A DNA stretch of 64,000 nt, filler included, from Gonapodya sp. JEL0774 (taxonomy: Eukaryota), in assembly GCA_027604505.1 (NCBI GenBank). It is 18 parts of 18 records of this genome, joined end to end, with 100 filler letters (N's around TTAATTAATTAA, not from the genome) between each part and the next. Parts side by side here need not be neighbours in the genome. Positions count along the whole stretch, not along the records: positions 10,806 to 14,302 come from JADIIX010001268.1; positions 14,403 to 17,896 come from JADIIX010001269.1; positions 17,997 to 21,490 come from JADIIX010001270.1; positions 21,591 to 25,079 come from JADIIX010001271.1; 14 more parts are not named here. One strand, given 5' to 3'. Position 1 is the stretch's first letter, and every line of letters begins with the position of its first letter. Position numbers and translations under genes: made by a program. The notes under the pieces were generated by a model. The model ran no database searches and was not told the origin of the DNA. It worked only from the letters and a program-made list of their open reading frames with translations. This document shows, piece by piece, positions 10,806 to 23,270 of the stretch.

Positions 10806-13800
10806 TTGCACCGTCCCGACTCCGAGCACGGTCACGGTCACCAGGTCCTGGTCGAAGATCATCTAATGCAGGTGGAATCCCTGCTGAACGTCAGTCCCGA
10901 CCTCGATCTCGATCGGCTTTTCTCCGACCATTTTCTCGAGGAGATGCAGAACCGCAACAGGACTCAGGGGAAGCGCAGTTCGACCCACATGATCCAAGGA
11001 TATTCGTTATCGTACATGTACACTTGCCTACGGACAGAGGGTCACATACGGTGAGTACACCACGCAAGAGATGTACTTGGATGGAGAAGGAGTGAACGGG
11101 ACTCTCATTGAATGAAGTGGTTGGAGGACAACGCAATGGAAAGACAAGATCACGTTGCTAGAGTCATGGAGATTGGGTCGTTGTAATGGACCGGCGTCCG
11201 TCATCAAAGACCCCTTCCCACACGCATTTCTGTCAATCGTGTCGTGCCGAACCCTTCTATGGCTGAACTGTCCATTCACCACGCTTTATCCCGTCTCTTG
11301 CGACCAGCCCCCTCCGCCTCTTCCTATCCTCCGTCTCGCCCACACCGTCATCGTGGCATATTCCACAACTACTTCTGCATCTCTGGACTCCCTTTTCTCT
11401 AGCTGCTGGTCTCTTCTTGTCGCCAACTGCACCAAAGAGCAGTTCCCATCATTCACACCGACAGCCACAGCGGCGCCGCAGGGTGTTCTCGCTGGTTTGA
11501 AACCCGAACCACCACAACCAGTACCCATTGTCCTGGTTGGAGTGGTTGGGATGGGGAAACGCGAGGTTGAGGAAGAAGACGCCGCGAAAGTCCGTGAGGC
11601 ATTCGGGTGTGAAGGTGGAGAGGTGTGGAGCAAAGACGAAAACGCTATACGACGGGTGTTTGAGCGAGGTGTGATGCTCGCACGAGGCCGCAGAGGCTGG
11701 GAAATCCCAAATAGCGTGGGATGGGTTGGATGGGAAAACATTGCCGAGGATGACGTCACGGAGGTTGAGATCGCCGAGGTGGAGACTGAACAATCGCTGG
11801 AGCGATTCCGGATGTCTTCTCCGCCGGTCTTTGTAGGCCTACACGGGAATTCAAACTCGGCAACCGCACTGTCTTCATCGACAGACCTTACCCCCTTTCA
11901 TCCGGACCCTTCCTTGCCACCGTTGCGTGCACCGGTGATTTCAACGGTACCAATTAGAGCAGAGGATAGACTGAAGGAGTTGATGGACGAGAGGGAAAGA
12001 GTGAGGTTGGCTGAGGCGAGTTCCGCCCGCCATGAGACGAGACTGGCAAAGAGAAGAGCAAGTGGTAGGTTCGGTTGGTATGGACTACGTGCCTCGTTTC
12101 TGGAGATCTGACCATTTTCTTCATTAATTGTCAGATCCTTCGCTTTACCTCGTCGCCACACCAGCGGCCGCCGAGTCTCACATGATGATGCAGCAACAAC
12201 ATCCGCATCAGTACGCCCACGCACCTGCACATCCATCCCCTCTTGCACAGTCTTCGAGCTTGAATTCACAGCACTCTCATGCGAATAGCGCATATTCCCA
12301 TGATAGAAACGGGTCGATTGGACAAGGAACGAGGGCGGGTCCACCGAACGTTGTGATGCCGACCAGAGCGGAGTTGGGCGCCTTGGTTGCAAAGCCCGTC
12401 GCTGCTGGACCGGAAATCGAGTGTGAGTCGTTTTGAAGAACCTCCCATGCTCTGTGCGATTTCCAAACTCTGTCTTTGTCAGTTATTGGATCTTCCTTCA
12501 GAGTAGTAGATGCGGTGTCGCCCTCGTACCCCCTTCCCCTAACCTCACCATCACCCATGCCCACATCTGCGGTGGACTACTTTTCTCAGCAAAAGGAATC
12601 ATCCAGAATTACAGCACCGCTGGCGGCCCTCCCTTCTCATCCCACATCGTCAGCACGTCCTGCAAGAGCACGCCGACAACGACCGCAATCCGCTAGCGTT
12701 GTGGCCTTCTCACCGGACTTGGTGTCTTACTCTACTGACGCTCCTATCAAGGAGCCGCCGAAAGGAAGATCCAGCTCCCCTGCCAAACCAGCACTCGCAC
12801 TGGGAGGCACAGGAAGAGCAAAATCTCCTGGTCCTGGGGGCAACCGTGACAATGGAAAGAGTACTGTGGAAGAGGGAAAGAGGGAGAAGGATGGCTCCGT
12901 AGTTGCTTCGTCTGGGAAGCACAGACGTGCGGGATCCGGACCGGGTGCCGTGTCCTCAGTAGCAAGGCGCAAACACACGAGTAAACGGGGCGATCGCGAG
13001 ACTCGACGGGGCTCTTTCGATCAGACGAAGGGTGAACTCGAACGAACACCATCGACGGGAAGTGAGAGTTTGAGTATCGGGTCGGGCACCAATTCTCTGG
13101 CTTCGAGAGGATCGATTGGCTCTGTGGGATCAGAGGAGCAGAGGGGAGGTCGGCCGGCGACTTCTTGGACAGAGTTGGGTAAAGCTGTGTTACCTAGACC
13201 GGGTCTACCATCGTTTCCACCATATGTACCGCAAGTGGTTTCTTCGACGGCTGCCACTGCAGCACTTTCTCACTCTGAAATTCTGGCTCCGGGTGTGCAG
13301 GTTTTTGACAGTTCTCCTCCTCGTGGATCAGCAGTCGAGACTTCAGCGGCATCTGTTCCTTCGCCCCCAACACCGACGCGATCGCGAGTATCTCCACCAC
13401 CAACAGGAGCACTGAACACCGACACAGAAATGGAGGACGATATGCTAGATCAGTTGTTGGACGCCATCCGGGAGGGATGGACCGAAGAAAGCGACAATGA
13501 CAATCAGCCACCTGCTCCCACTGACCTGGCTCCGATTTGGCCGCTGCACCATGAAATTGAGCACGAGTCATCTCGCCGAGTAAATGATCAGGCCTATGTC
13601 CCAGAATATGCGTCAATCGTTCACATGAACGAGTCGGTAGACGAGAACGTCGATCCCGACGTGAATTCTGTCATTGCGGTGCTGGAAGCGAGATGGAAAG
13701 ACGATTGTGAAGAGGATGAGCTCCCTCACGTGAAGGTTATGGGCAGACCTGCGTCGGGAATAGATCAGCACTACCAGGGACTCAGTTTTACGCCAGTTTA

Positions 13801-14302
13801 CGAGCCCGAGCCCGAAGCAGAGGTGAACAAGGCACCGCCAGCCCCTCAACAGTCTAAGTATCCAATTGTCGAGTTTGGAGGCTCAGTGGATTCGACAACA
13901 TTGGGAAGACCTGGGAATCGATCTGGTGCGACTGAAAACTACAAATCGGCGGAGTCCATCTTTGCCCACGCTTCTCATCCGTCCTCATCCTCACATTCGA
14001 CTTCAAACACGCTGTCCTACTCGAACTCGGGCGACTCGTATCGTCGTTCTCGGCCTCTTCGCCGCGACTCATACTCCGACGCTGTACTGAGCGATGCAAC
14101 ACTTGCAGATTCGCCGATGCCTGTGCCTGGAGTGATCAATTGGGATAGCATCGCCTCTACGCTGGATAGAATGAAAGAGGATGGCAGTGTTTCGGTCCTG
14201 AAGAGTCCGGTGGACAGTATGTCGAGCGATCTGGCAAATCAAATATTCCACAGCATGGTGGTAGAGCAGGCTTTGTGGGCTAATGACAAAGCCGTTCATG
14301 GT
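10806..14302 (+). CDS. Large protein, both ends truncated: degenerate Ras-like G-domain segment, then a long Ser/Pro-rich region
   Basis: TVIVAYSTTTSASLDSL..W...VPIVLVGVVGMGKREVEEEDA...GEVWSKDENAIRRVF resembles the C-terminal half of small GTPases. Frame-consistent introns at about 12065-12134 and 12424-12482 join it to the 624-aa low-complexity ORF. Confidence 0.5.
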
Positions 14303-14402
14303 NNNNNNNNNNNNNNNNNNNNNNNNNNNNNNNNNNNNNNNNNNNNTTAATTAATTAANNNNNNNNNNNNNNNNNNNNNNNNNNNNNNNNNNNNNNNNNN
14401 NN

Positions 14403-14943
14403 GAGAACTCCACCACGCCTTTGAACCTTCTGTTTCCTGGGATAGCCTGCATAGACTCGACGATGAAGAGTGACGAAAAAATGGAAAGAGGGGTATATAG
14501 AAGAAGAGCGAGTGTCGGCAGTAACCACCCTGCCTTCTGACATCACAAAGGGCAAATCTTGTGAGTCGCCAGCATGACTGCCGAGCAGCAGTGCCAACGA
14601 ACCTGAAAAATAACTGGCATCGACACCAGTCCTGGTCCTAGCATGTTGTTCGTCATAAGAGAGAAAGAACCGACCATACCACTATTGCGAACAGTTCTCG
14701 TGAGCAGATTGGGGAGCACACAACGTTTCAACCCAGCACCACTCACACCGTTTTCACTCGCAGCATCGCGCTCCATGAGTCTGTCCTCTTGAGTTTAACG
14801 AATCGTACGTGCTCTCCACCGTGTCCAAGAACCGTATCGCGCCGTTCCAAGCCTCCCCAGTGCAAATCCGAGTTAACTCGAAGAAGCTCTCGCTTCGAAG
14901 GCGCAGACTGGCCAACAGAGAGTTGCGAGCTCCTCCTGTCCAT
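14403..14943 (-). CDS. Amino-acid transporter (Aa_trans/AAAP family), 5' part
   Basis: GMVGSFSLMTNNMLGPGLVSMPVIFQ matches the first-TM signature N-x2-G-x-G-x3-P-x2-F. Truncated at the contig edge. Confidence 0.7.
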
Positions 14944-15252
14944 TGCTTGAGAGGACAGTGGAGACGGAGAAATCGGTCTTCCTTGGTCCGGGGTCGAACA
15001 GAGGGGCAGCGATCCGGTGAGGCAGCTCCACTCCACGGTCAGCACGCAAATTGAAGCTTAACAGCAATGATTCTCCGCAGCGATCACCAAACAACGTGAG
15101 ATATGAGTATGTACTGGGGAGTAATGGGCGATACTTTTCAATGAGGCACACACAACCCAGCGGCAACTCCACCAGCCAGGCAAAAAGGCGTAAAGAGCGG
15201 AATTGTATGCATATATATACTACACAACAGAGCTTGTTTCACATTGTAAGAA

Positions 15253-17251
15253 CTATTGCTTCAATACTGCCTCGTCAGCCGGTCCTTTCCATTCCGCATT
15301 CCCGCACTCCATCACAACCTGGAGCAAGAAATCCAAGTCGTGAACCGTTGTCCTGAAATTCACGATACATGCTCTTAATGCTGTAATTCGATCGCCTGCC
15401 GAAGACAGTGAGCCCTTGCTCCAATTGACATTATCTCCTCTGGCTCCCAGAGACTCGGTAGGGAATGTTGTTGTGATGATGAAAGAGCGACCGTCGTTTT
15501 GTATGAGGGTACTGATCCGATCCTGAAGAGCATTTAGGTCTTGGAGATTCAGCTTTTTGACACTCGGGGGGATGTATCGGAAACATGTTACGCTGAGAGG
15601 TCCAACCGCAATGAGTTCCAGTGATCCACCAGCAGACGTAGAGGCCGAGGCTTGAATGTCGCAAATTTTCCTCCTCAAAGATTGTGCAAGTCTATATCCC
15701 GCCTGATGGCCGCCTCGTACCCTGACCTCCCAACCGACTGAATGGCAAGCCAGAGCTTCGCTGCCCGGAACGATCGAGTTTGCTCCACCGTAAATTCGGA
15801 GAACCAAGGTAGGGAACGATCTGACATGAGGTACGGTGGTAACAGTGAAAAAGTTTGGCGAAGTATTGATGCGTCTTTCACAAGTGCGGAACCGCAATCG
15901 ACTTCACAGGACGGAAAAGGATAACGTTGGAGTACGTAAGAATGAGGCACTGCGAGGGAAATCACGGTTCCAAATACCTCTCCAAAACCCACTTGGTACG
16001 TAAAGCCACTTGTGCTGATCCATGGCTACCGAATCCGCCCTCTCTAAACCCTTGTACAGGCCCTTCACTTCGTCCACCATCACGGCCACCCCACCGTAAC
16101 TCGCATCCACGTGCATCCACAGTGACTCCTCCTCACAAATATTTGCCAGCTCATTCAATTCGTCGATAGCACCAGTATTGACGGTACCTGCCGACGCCAC
16201 TACACAGATGGGCCGTAGATTTGCGGCGCGATCGGCCTGTATCTGAGCCCGGAGATGTGGGATGGAGAGCTGAAAGGTTCCTGGAGTGACGGGAATCTTG
16301 CGAAGGTACGACGAGCCGATACCAAGGAGCTCGATTGCCTTTTGGATACAACTAGATAAGGTGAGGGTCCGAAATTGATAGGCCGGGGGACTGCACTCCA
16401 CCTCTATTCGAACTGACCTGTGTCCCTCTGTAGAAGTGTAAACCACCACAGGCTTTGCATACTCCAATTTTTCACTCGCAAGTCCTAGCATCCCCTTCTC
16501 CCTGAGTTGTGCCCCACCACATGTTTTGAATCGCATCGCGGAAAGGCACACGATATTGGCCACGCTGCCGCCACTGACCAGGACAGCACCAGCCTCAGAG
16601 GGATATCCAATCTCGATGCAAACGTTCGAGTCAGCGGAACATGCGTGTTGGATGGTCATTGAATTATTATTGGACTCACGATCTCCTTCATCCACTTGAG
16701 AACGCCATGCTCCACGTACGTGGCGGCGTGATCACCTCCCGCGACACTCGGGTTCAGTGCTGACGCCAAAAAGTCGCCGAGAATGCCGATCGGGGTTGGA
16801 GGGGAATTGACCTAGATGATTGCATGCATTCGTGATGGTAGCAGATTACGAACACAGAGACCAACAACACCTGCCCAAGCGAAAAAACGTGGACTTCCAT
16901 TTCCCATGGGATGCGCCATTATATCACGTTCGAATGTGGACAAAAGAGCGGAGAGATCCGTCGCCGGTGACACGGGCAATGTCGCCGACACTGTTGCACA
17001 GAAACATCACATGAGAACGTAATGCACACCCATTGCGATCCAAGCTCACTCAGCCGTTCTCTTAGCTCCTGTGGTACTGCGATTCGTGTCACATCTCGCG
17101 CCAACATCGTCGCTTTCTTGCCACCATCGGGTTCGCTTCCGCCAGGTTCATTTCGTCCAATCGTCTGCAAGTACTCGAGATGGCGAGTAATATTGTCAAC
17201 TGCATGGTGTCCGAGAGCCTTGAAATCGGCGGAGGGAACGTCGAGCGACAT
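15253..17251 (-). CDS. Group II PLP-dependent (aromatic-amino-acid/Ddc-like) decarboxylase, multi-exon, apparent frameshift near 15690
   Basis: Motifs: HPMGNGSPRFFAWVNSPP, LNPSVAGGDHAATYVE, LVSGGSVAN, VVASAGTVNTGAID, WMHVDASYGG, ADSVAMDQHKWLYVP (PLP Lys), RSFRAAKLW, LRACIVNFRTT. Confidence 0.9.
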
Positions 17252-19554
17252 GAATGACTTCAGTTGTTGTGTATATGTACAGATAAAGGTTCAGGGGGTG
17301 CAGATGAGTATTGAAGTTTGGCGATAATTTATGGTACATTACCGTACATGTGATCTCTCAATTGTAGTGTAGTTTGAAGAGAATTTATGTAATACAATGC
17401 CGAAGAATGTCAAATGCTCCTAATTCGATTCATTGTCGCGAAACAAGATTGCATAAAGCTCCGTCGGAATCCAAATATAAATGGGGTGAGCAAGAAAACC
17501 GTACTTAACTTCTTTCATACTCGACACCTGTGTAACTATTTCTATCCTTTCTGAAAACGTTCAGAAATTGAACAATTCAACCTAGTGCATTAGGCTGGTT
17601 CGGCAGTGCTGTGACGAGTGCAAGAGGATACTCTTTTGAACGGCTGAAGTATCCTGCTCTGCCGGTTGATCTGAGTGCCCCGCGGGTGCGTGCTGGCGAC
17701 TTGCCGAACTAGCCGACTCGTGTTTGGGGTCCTGTGTGCATGGATCAACGGAATCTCAAAAGCCGATCCTGGTCCTTCCTACATCACGAACGCGCACTTG
17801 CCAAATCTCAAAATCCAACAAGACCGTGAAAATGTCAACTTATGGAGATGGAGGTGCTCCAGTTGTCGCCATCGTGGGTTTCGGTTCTTTTCTGGGNNNN
17901 NNNNNNNNNNNNNNNNNNNNNNNNNNNNNNNNNNNNNNNNTTAATTAATTAANNNNNNNNNNNNNNNNNNNNNNNNNNNNNNNNNNNNNNNNNNNNATGT
18001 GAAGCATTGTGTGATGGCGCTGACAGTGATTCAACGTCGGCATATTGTGTTGGTCTGATCGTCGCGATCCGTACCTACTTTACATAAACAACCGACGTTT
18101 CGAGCACCTTGTGGTGATCTAAGTGCACGCAAGAGGCAGGATCCATGGCTTGAATCTTCTTGCATCCGCTTCTGTGCCAACTGAGCCGGTGTGCTCATCA
18201 ACCCCGGTGACGTCACCTCACCACTCTACGATCCAACAGATTTCCCCCACGCACTAATAAGACATCCGGGACCCGAACTGTGAATTTACTTCCAGCCTAC
18301 TGGTTGCGCACCATACGCGCATTACCTCTTGCCATAAGCATGTCAAAGTAGATCCATTGTCATCGTTACTTCAAACTTCAGCTTGGTTTTAGCTAGCCAA
18401 CAAGTACGATGTCAACTGGAGAAGTCGAACCAACATCCTCCAACCCCGTTGAATTACGCCTTTACATCTGACACTCACTGCGGCACAGAATAGACAGGAC
18501 ACTTATTTATTTTTTGCGGTATTGTCCTCCATGAGGCGACTAATCTGTCATGGTAGGGGGTAGCCCGACCTCCTTGACTGACTGGATCACCTTGGGTGAA
18601 CTGACATCCAGATTCCACTGTGATCAGTGATCCCTTTCTTCAGGGTGCCCACTGCCTTAATCAAGTGATAACAACTGTTTGAACTTAATCCAAGAGTCTG
18701 TGCTGCCTGCTTTTCATGAGTTTTCCGCTCAGAATGACCACCACAATGCGGTTCTGAAAACGGCCGATGACATCAACTGCTGCTACAGCGGTCTTCCCAT
18801 GAGGCACCTATTCTTCCCGGCCGCATTCTCGACACCTCTCAACATGTTGTTGGATTTCCGGCAATGTCACCTTACATTTCTCAAAGTCACCCCAATCCTG
18901 TCTGCAAACCCTCGGTTAGTTGGCAACACTGAACATGCCCTCCTTGCGGTGCTGCAACAATCTTCGTTGAGCTCGCATTGCAGGCATCTGTGATCAAGCT
19001 CCAGTTTTGTATAATCGGAGTCGATCTACACCGGGTTTGAAGCCTTCCAACCAGTCCTTGTAAATGTTTGGATGCTGTAATACTGTGTGTCGTTGCAAGA
19101 GTATGTTTTTCTTGCTGCCAGTTGGCCGAACAAAGACCCCTCGTCAAGCAGACCCATCCCATGATCTTCTGTTCTGACGGCAGGACAGGCATCATGTCTC
19201 ATGAGCGTAATGAAGATGGTACGTAGGTGTATCACCACCTTTAGTGAGTGGTTTTCGGAGATGATCCATGCGGGTCTTCTGTTCAATGGCTTCTTGTCAC
19301 CTTATACACGGGTGGAAGACTAGAATAACGCTCTAGACGCACAAAATTCTTGGTTGTCAGCCCTACCATCGTCAGGAAGTTGGTCTTCCATGTAGATACC
19401 GCTTTCATTATCGAGTCCACATCTCTGATCCATATATGCAAGGGATGTTGCACTTTGTATGCACCCATCTAATATGCACAATCACCCCCGCGTGCATATG
19501 TAACAGTCAACGACTACAAGAGCGAGCCAATCCCAACACCTCTACACTCGATCA

Positions 19555-20820
19555 ATGCCCATCACTCGCGACATTCAACTCATTGACGCGGCGGAAGGTG
19601 GAGATGCCGCCTACGTTCGCAGACTCTTGGCCGATGGGGCAAACCCGAACGCCAGGAAGAAAGTGACACTGACGGTTAAAAAATCCGGCCATCTTTTCGC
19701 GAGGTCGGAGACTGTTCTAGGAGAGTCGGCGTTGGCTCTGGCGGTCATTTACGGGCACGAGGACGTTGTCCGCGCTCTTCTCTGCGATGGCGCTGATCAC
19801 CCAGCCAGCAGCACGTGCGAGTGGCGAATCTCCAACCATTGCTCACCCTGGACCTCGGACGATTGGAGCAAGCATCGATGGATCGGGACTTACTCCTTCC
19901 CATCGACGCTTTCGGTGGCTTTGGGCGGTCCGGGGACGCTGACGTGGTGGAATGGGGGTGTAGGCGACGCCAGCTCGGACGGCGGACTCTACATCAATTT
20001 GAAGGGCGGCCTCGTTGAATTGGAGGATCCTAAGACGAGGAGTGATACCTGCATCTGGGCCCGGATCCGTCCTTCCCTCGCCATTGTGCAACTGCTCCTG
20101 GACCATGGGGCGATGGTGTCAGACATCGAATGGGACGCTGCTCGCCGGCATCCCAATCCACAGTTTTCGGTTGCATTGCAGCCATACTACGCGGAAAAGC
20201 CCAAAGCCTCGTCTCGAGCGCTTTCTCCAGGTTCTTCCAGTGAATCACCAATCACTCCTCAAATCACCGAAACCACTCTCTTCGCCTCGCTCCTCGCCGA
20301 AAACGATAGAAAGATCGAAGTGACGACGGCAAAGTTAGCGGAGCTGTCCATTGGTGCAGCCTTTGCAGATGACGGGGACTCGTCCAATGTTTCTGCCGAC
20401 ATTGAGAAACTGAAGCACCAACTCTCGTCTCTCCGCTCGGACCGCTCTAGCCTCCTCACTACGTCAGCGCCGGAGCCAGCACCACCTTGTACAATCGAGA
20501 AGCTCATGCACGTCGTTGCTGACTTTCAGGCTCGGCACAAGGATGAGCTTGACATTCAAACCGGTGAGGAAGTGTATGTCAACCTTCTGTACTACGATAA
20601 ATGGGCTTCGGTGAGTTGAACAACACAGGGGATTTTGAGTATATCAACTCTTGATACTTTTCATCTCTCATTACAGGGCCTCAATCGCTCAACAGGTCTG
20701 AACGGAGTGTTTCCTATTTCCTGTGTCAGTGAAAATCCCGACAGGGCAATTAGCGAAGTACCAGAGTACTATCCAGAGCGTCTCGATTCCCGTCGCAGTG
20801 GCCCAGCTTTAGATCTTTGA
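19555..20820 (+). CDS. Ankyrin-repeat + coiled-coil + SH3 protein (2 exons)
   Basis: Ankyrins LIDAAEGGDAAYVRRLLADGANPN and GESALALAVIYGHEDVVRALL. SH3 HVVADFQARHKDELDIQTGEEVYV...KWAS|GLNRSTGLNGVFPISCV across intron 20611-20676. Confidence 0.85.
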
Positions 20821-21079
20821 TCGAGGCATACTTGCGGTGGCGATGGTTTGGTTCCGACACGAAGGACCACGATATTATTGTACCAACAGCAGAATCATAG
20901 CAGTGAAAATGCAAAAAGAGTGGTTTCCCTTCATTTGTGCTCGATACGATTGTTTGTTCTCCCTCGATATGATATCTTCCACATTTCAAATTGCAGAGAG
21001 AGTCGACGCCATTCAAACAATAAATGTACAGACGATGACACATCTATAAGGAAAGATTCTCGAGTAGGCAAAACTGCAC

Positions 21080-21490
21080 TCATTTCGCCGCCATCGTTGC
21101 TGCCTTTTTCTTGAACACGTTCCTCTTAAATTTGACAACCGCCACCACCACGGACACAGCGGCAATCCTGATACTCGCCGCCTCACTCCTCCTCAACACT
21201 TCCGCTGCTGCCTCGACCAAGTTCTTCGCACATCCAATCACCATACCGTCGGCATCGTTGTCCGTGGGGTTCGATGCCTTCACCGCGGTTGTAACGCGCA
21301 TTTGTGAGCCCAAAGTTGAAACCCGTTCGCACGCCTTGTCGAGGGCGAGTTTGAGCGTAGCGTCGGGACACTTTGCAGACATTGGTGCGCACTCCGCGAC
21401 AAGTTGAGCTGATTCTTTGGCGATTTGTTGTGAAAGGGTGATGAGGTCCTTCTTGAAAGCCGGGTTTCGTGGGTCAGCGGTAAGCCGGGC
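21080..21490 (-). CDS. Vinculin/alpha-catenin family protein, C-terminal tail domain
   Basis: KKDLITLSQQIAKESAQLVAECAPMSAKCPDATLKLALDKACERVSTLGSQMRVTTAVKAS...CAKNLVEAAAEVLRRSEAASIRI parallels the vinculin tail (CERIPTISTQLKILSTVKA...AQNLM...EAEAASIKI). Confidence 0.85.
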   Translation of the reverse strand, partial: ARLTADPRNPAFKKDLITLSQQIAKESAQLVAECAPMSAKCPDATLKLALDKACERVSTLGSQMRVTTAVKASNPTDNDADGMVIGCAKNLVEAAAEVLRRSEAASIRIAAVSVVVAVVKFKRNVFKKKAATMAAK

Positions 21491-21590
21491 NNNNNNNNNN
21501 NNNNNNNNNNNNNNNNNNNNNNNNNNNNNNNNNNTTAATTAATTAANNNNNNNNNNNNNNNNNNNNNNNNNNNNNNNNNNNNNNNNNNNN

Positions 21591-22149
21591 TCCATCGACA
21601 CGCCCATCCTCCCCTCCACCGCGGCGGCCAACGCGGGCACCTTGGGCGGCAAACACCCCTTCCGGCTGGTGGAGCCCCGTGGGGTGGCAGAGGTGGTGTG
21701 GAAGAGCTGGATCAACGAGCCCGAGGGAAAGGACGCGGTGGGGGATCCGACGAGGGACAGGTTGCATTGGTATGTGCCTGAGGAACTGCAGGTGGGTTAT
21801 GGTTGGTTGGTTGGTTGTACGTGCTTGTGTGGCTGCCCCGTCCACCGCCGGGGCCCGGGACGGAGAAAGAGATACGCGGCGTGTGCGCTTCTCTGGATGC
21901 ACCTGGTTTTCGCATATATCGGTCGCTCATCACCTGTGGTGACCCGTGCTCACCTCCCTCCACCCCGCCTAGATCGAAATCGACTCCATCGTCAACACCC
22001 GTGGTGGTGCAGAAAAGATCCGCCAGCAGTATAAAGACACCATGTGGGATCCCATGATCAAGGCGGCGGCGGCGAGAGCGGCGGCTGCCGGGGCGGCAAC
22101 GGGGTCGGGGGTGGTGGAGTGGACAGGGACGGCGAAGGAGAGTGCGTAG
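21591..22149 (+). CDS. Probable short-chain dehydrogenase, C-terminal fragment
   Basis: IDTPIL...EPRGVAEVVWKSW...RLHWYVP, then an intron and a last exon IEIDSIV...KESA*. Resembles an SDR C-terminus; the catalytic part is off-contig. Confidence 0.5.
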
Positions 22150-22577
22150 GGGGGAGTACATGTGGGGCAGTTGGCAAGGCTGGTCGTAGAGTACACCGGG
22201 GTTGGTCAAGGCGGGGATGGAGTGGACTTTATTTCGTACGAAAGATGATCAAACAATGTATGTAGACACGGGCCTTATGACGGTGCCGGATATTGAAAAT
22301 GTACACGACAGTAAGTGCTAAGTACCGAGAAGCAGTGGCCGTGCAAACCCGTACGCGTCGCTGGGCGTGGGTTTTGGCTAGAGGCGCATTGTGTGTAAAG
22401 TACATGCTTGGATAGTACAGGGAAGTACGATATTTTTATTGATTTTCGCGGGCAATGGGCAAGTAGGGGGTGGGACGTAATATTTAAAGTGAGGCGGGAG
22501 TTGTCCACAATATATTCCTCGACCTCCCCCACCACCCGTCCCCCACCAAGGCGCACACCCCTTCACAAAGCTCTCTG

Positions 22578-23270
22578 ATGGCCCGTACCACCGCCACCTC
22601 ACTCTTCCTTCTCTGCCTCCTCGTGGCCCTGCTCGTCTCCCTCGCCCAGGCCACGTACATACAAACTCGCGATTTCTGCGAATCCCGAGACACAGAAGAA
22701 GGTAAAAAGTGTCTCACCAACGAACCCTGAGAAAAGCCACCCCTGCTGCCCCCGGCAAAAGAAACACCCTCAAACTACGCAATCATCTTTGGCGAATGGT
22801 GTTCCGGGCCGCCGGGGGAGTATAACCTGCCCTCCTGCGAGAATTGCCTCAACATTCTCTTGGCCGAAGGTACCGAAAACAAACGATGCATCGATCACCA
22901 TTACTACCCTAGTGGCAGATGCGGCATCTGCGTCGTGACTGCTTGGGAACGACCACCCACAACCGATCTGGCCCCGGCTCCTCCTCCGTCTGTTTCGGCA
23001 CCGCCGCCCTCAAAATCCGCTCCGCCTCCACCACCACCACCACCGCCACGGCCCCCGACGACGACCACCCCTGGAACGGTATCACACGTTCTCTTGCCAG
23101 AAGACGACGACGGGTGTGGGTGGGAGCCGTACCGGCCCTACTGCGACAAGTGTGCAGACATTCTGGCCCAAGGTAGCGGAAACCTCCGATGCATCGACAA
23201 GGACTATTACGGGCGGTGCAGCCTGTGCGTCTCGTTCGCTTCGGCTGCGGTCCCTCCTCCATCATATTGA
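22578..23270 (+). CDS. Secreted Pro-rich protein with two 6-Cys modules (unrecognised family)
   Basis: Signal peptide MARTTATSLFLLCLLVALLVSLAQA. A 60-nt intron (22702-22761) removes an in-frame TGA. Modules CENCLNIL..RCIDHHYYPSGRCGICV and CDKCADIL..RCIDKDYYGRCSLCV are separated by a poly-Pro linker. Confidence 0.7.

Noticed and set aside
17832..17896. MSTYGDGGAPVVAIVGFGSFL, possible Rossmann-fold start
   Set aside because: Only about 21 codons before the contig ends; insufficient to call.
17997..19500. Fragmented ORFs, possibly a decayed retroelement
   Set aside because: No RT, integrase or transposase motif could be recognised.
22728..22730. In-frame TGA in a Cys-rich protein as possible selenocysteine
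   Set aside because: A 60-nt intron (22702-22761), positioned like the paralog's intron, removes it. It is not in a redox motif and I identified no SECIS.
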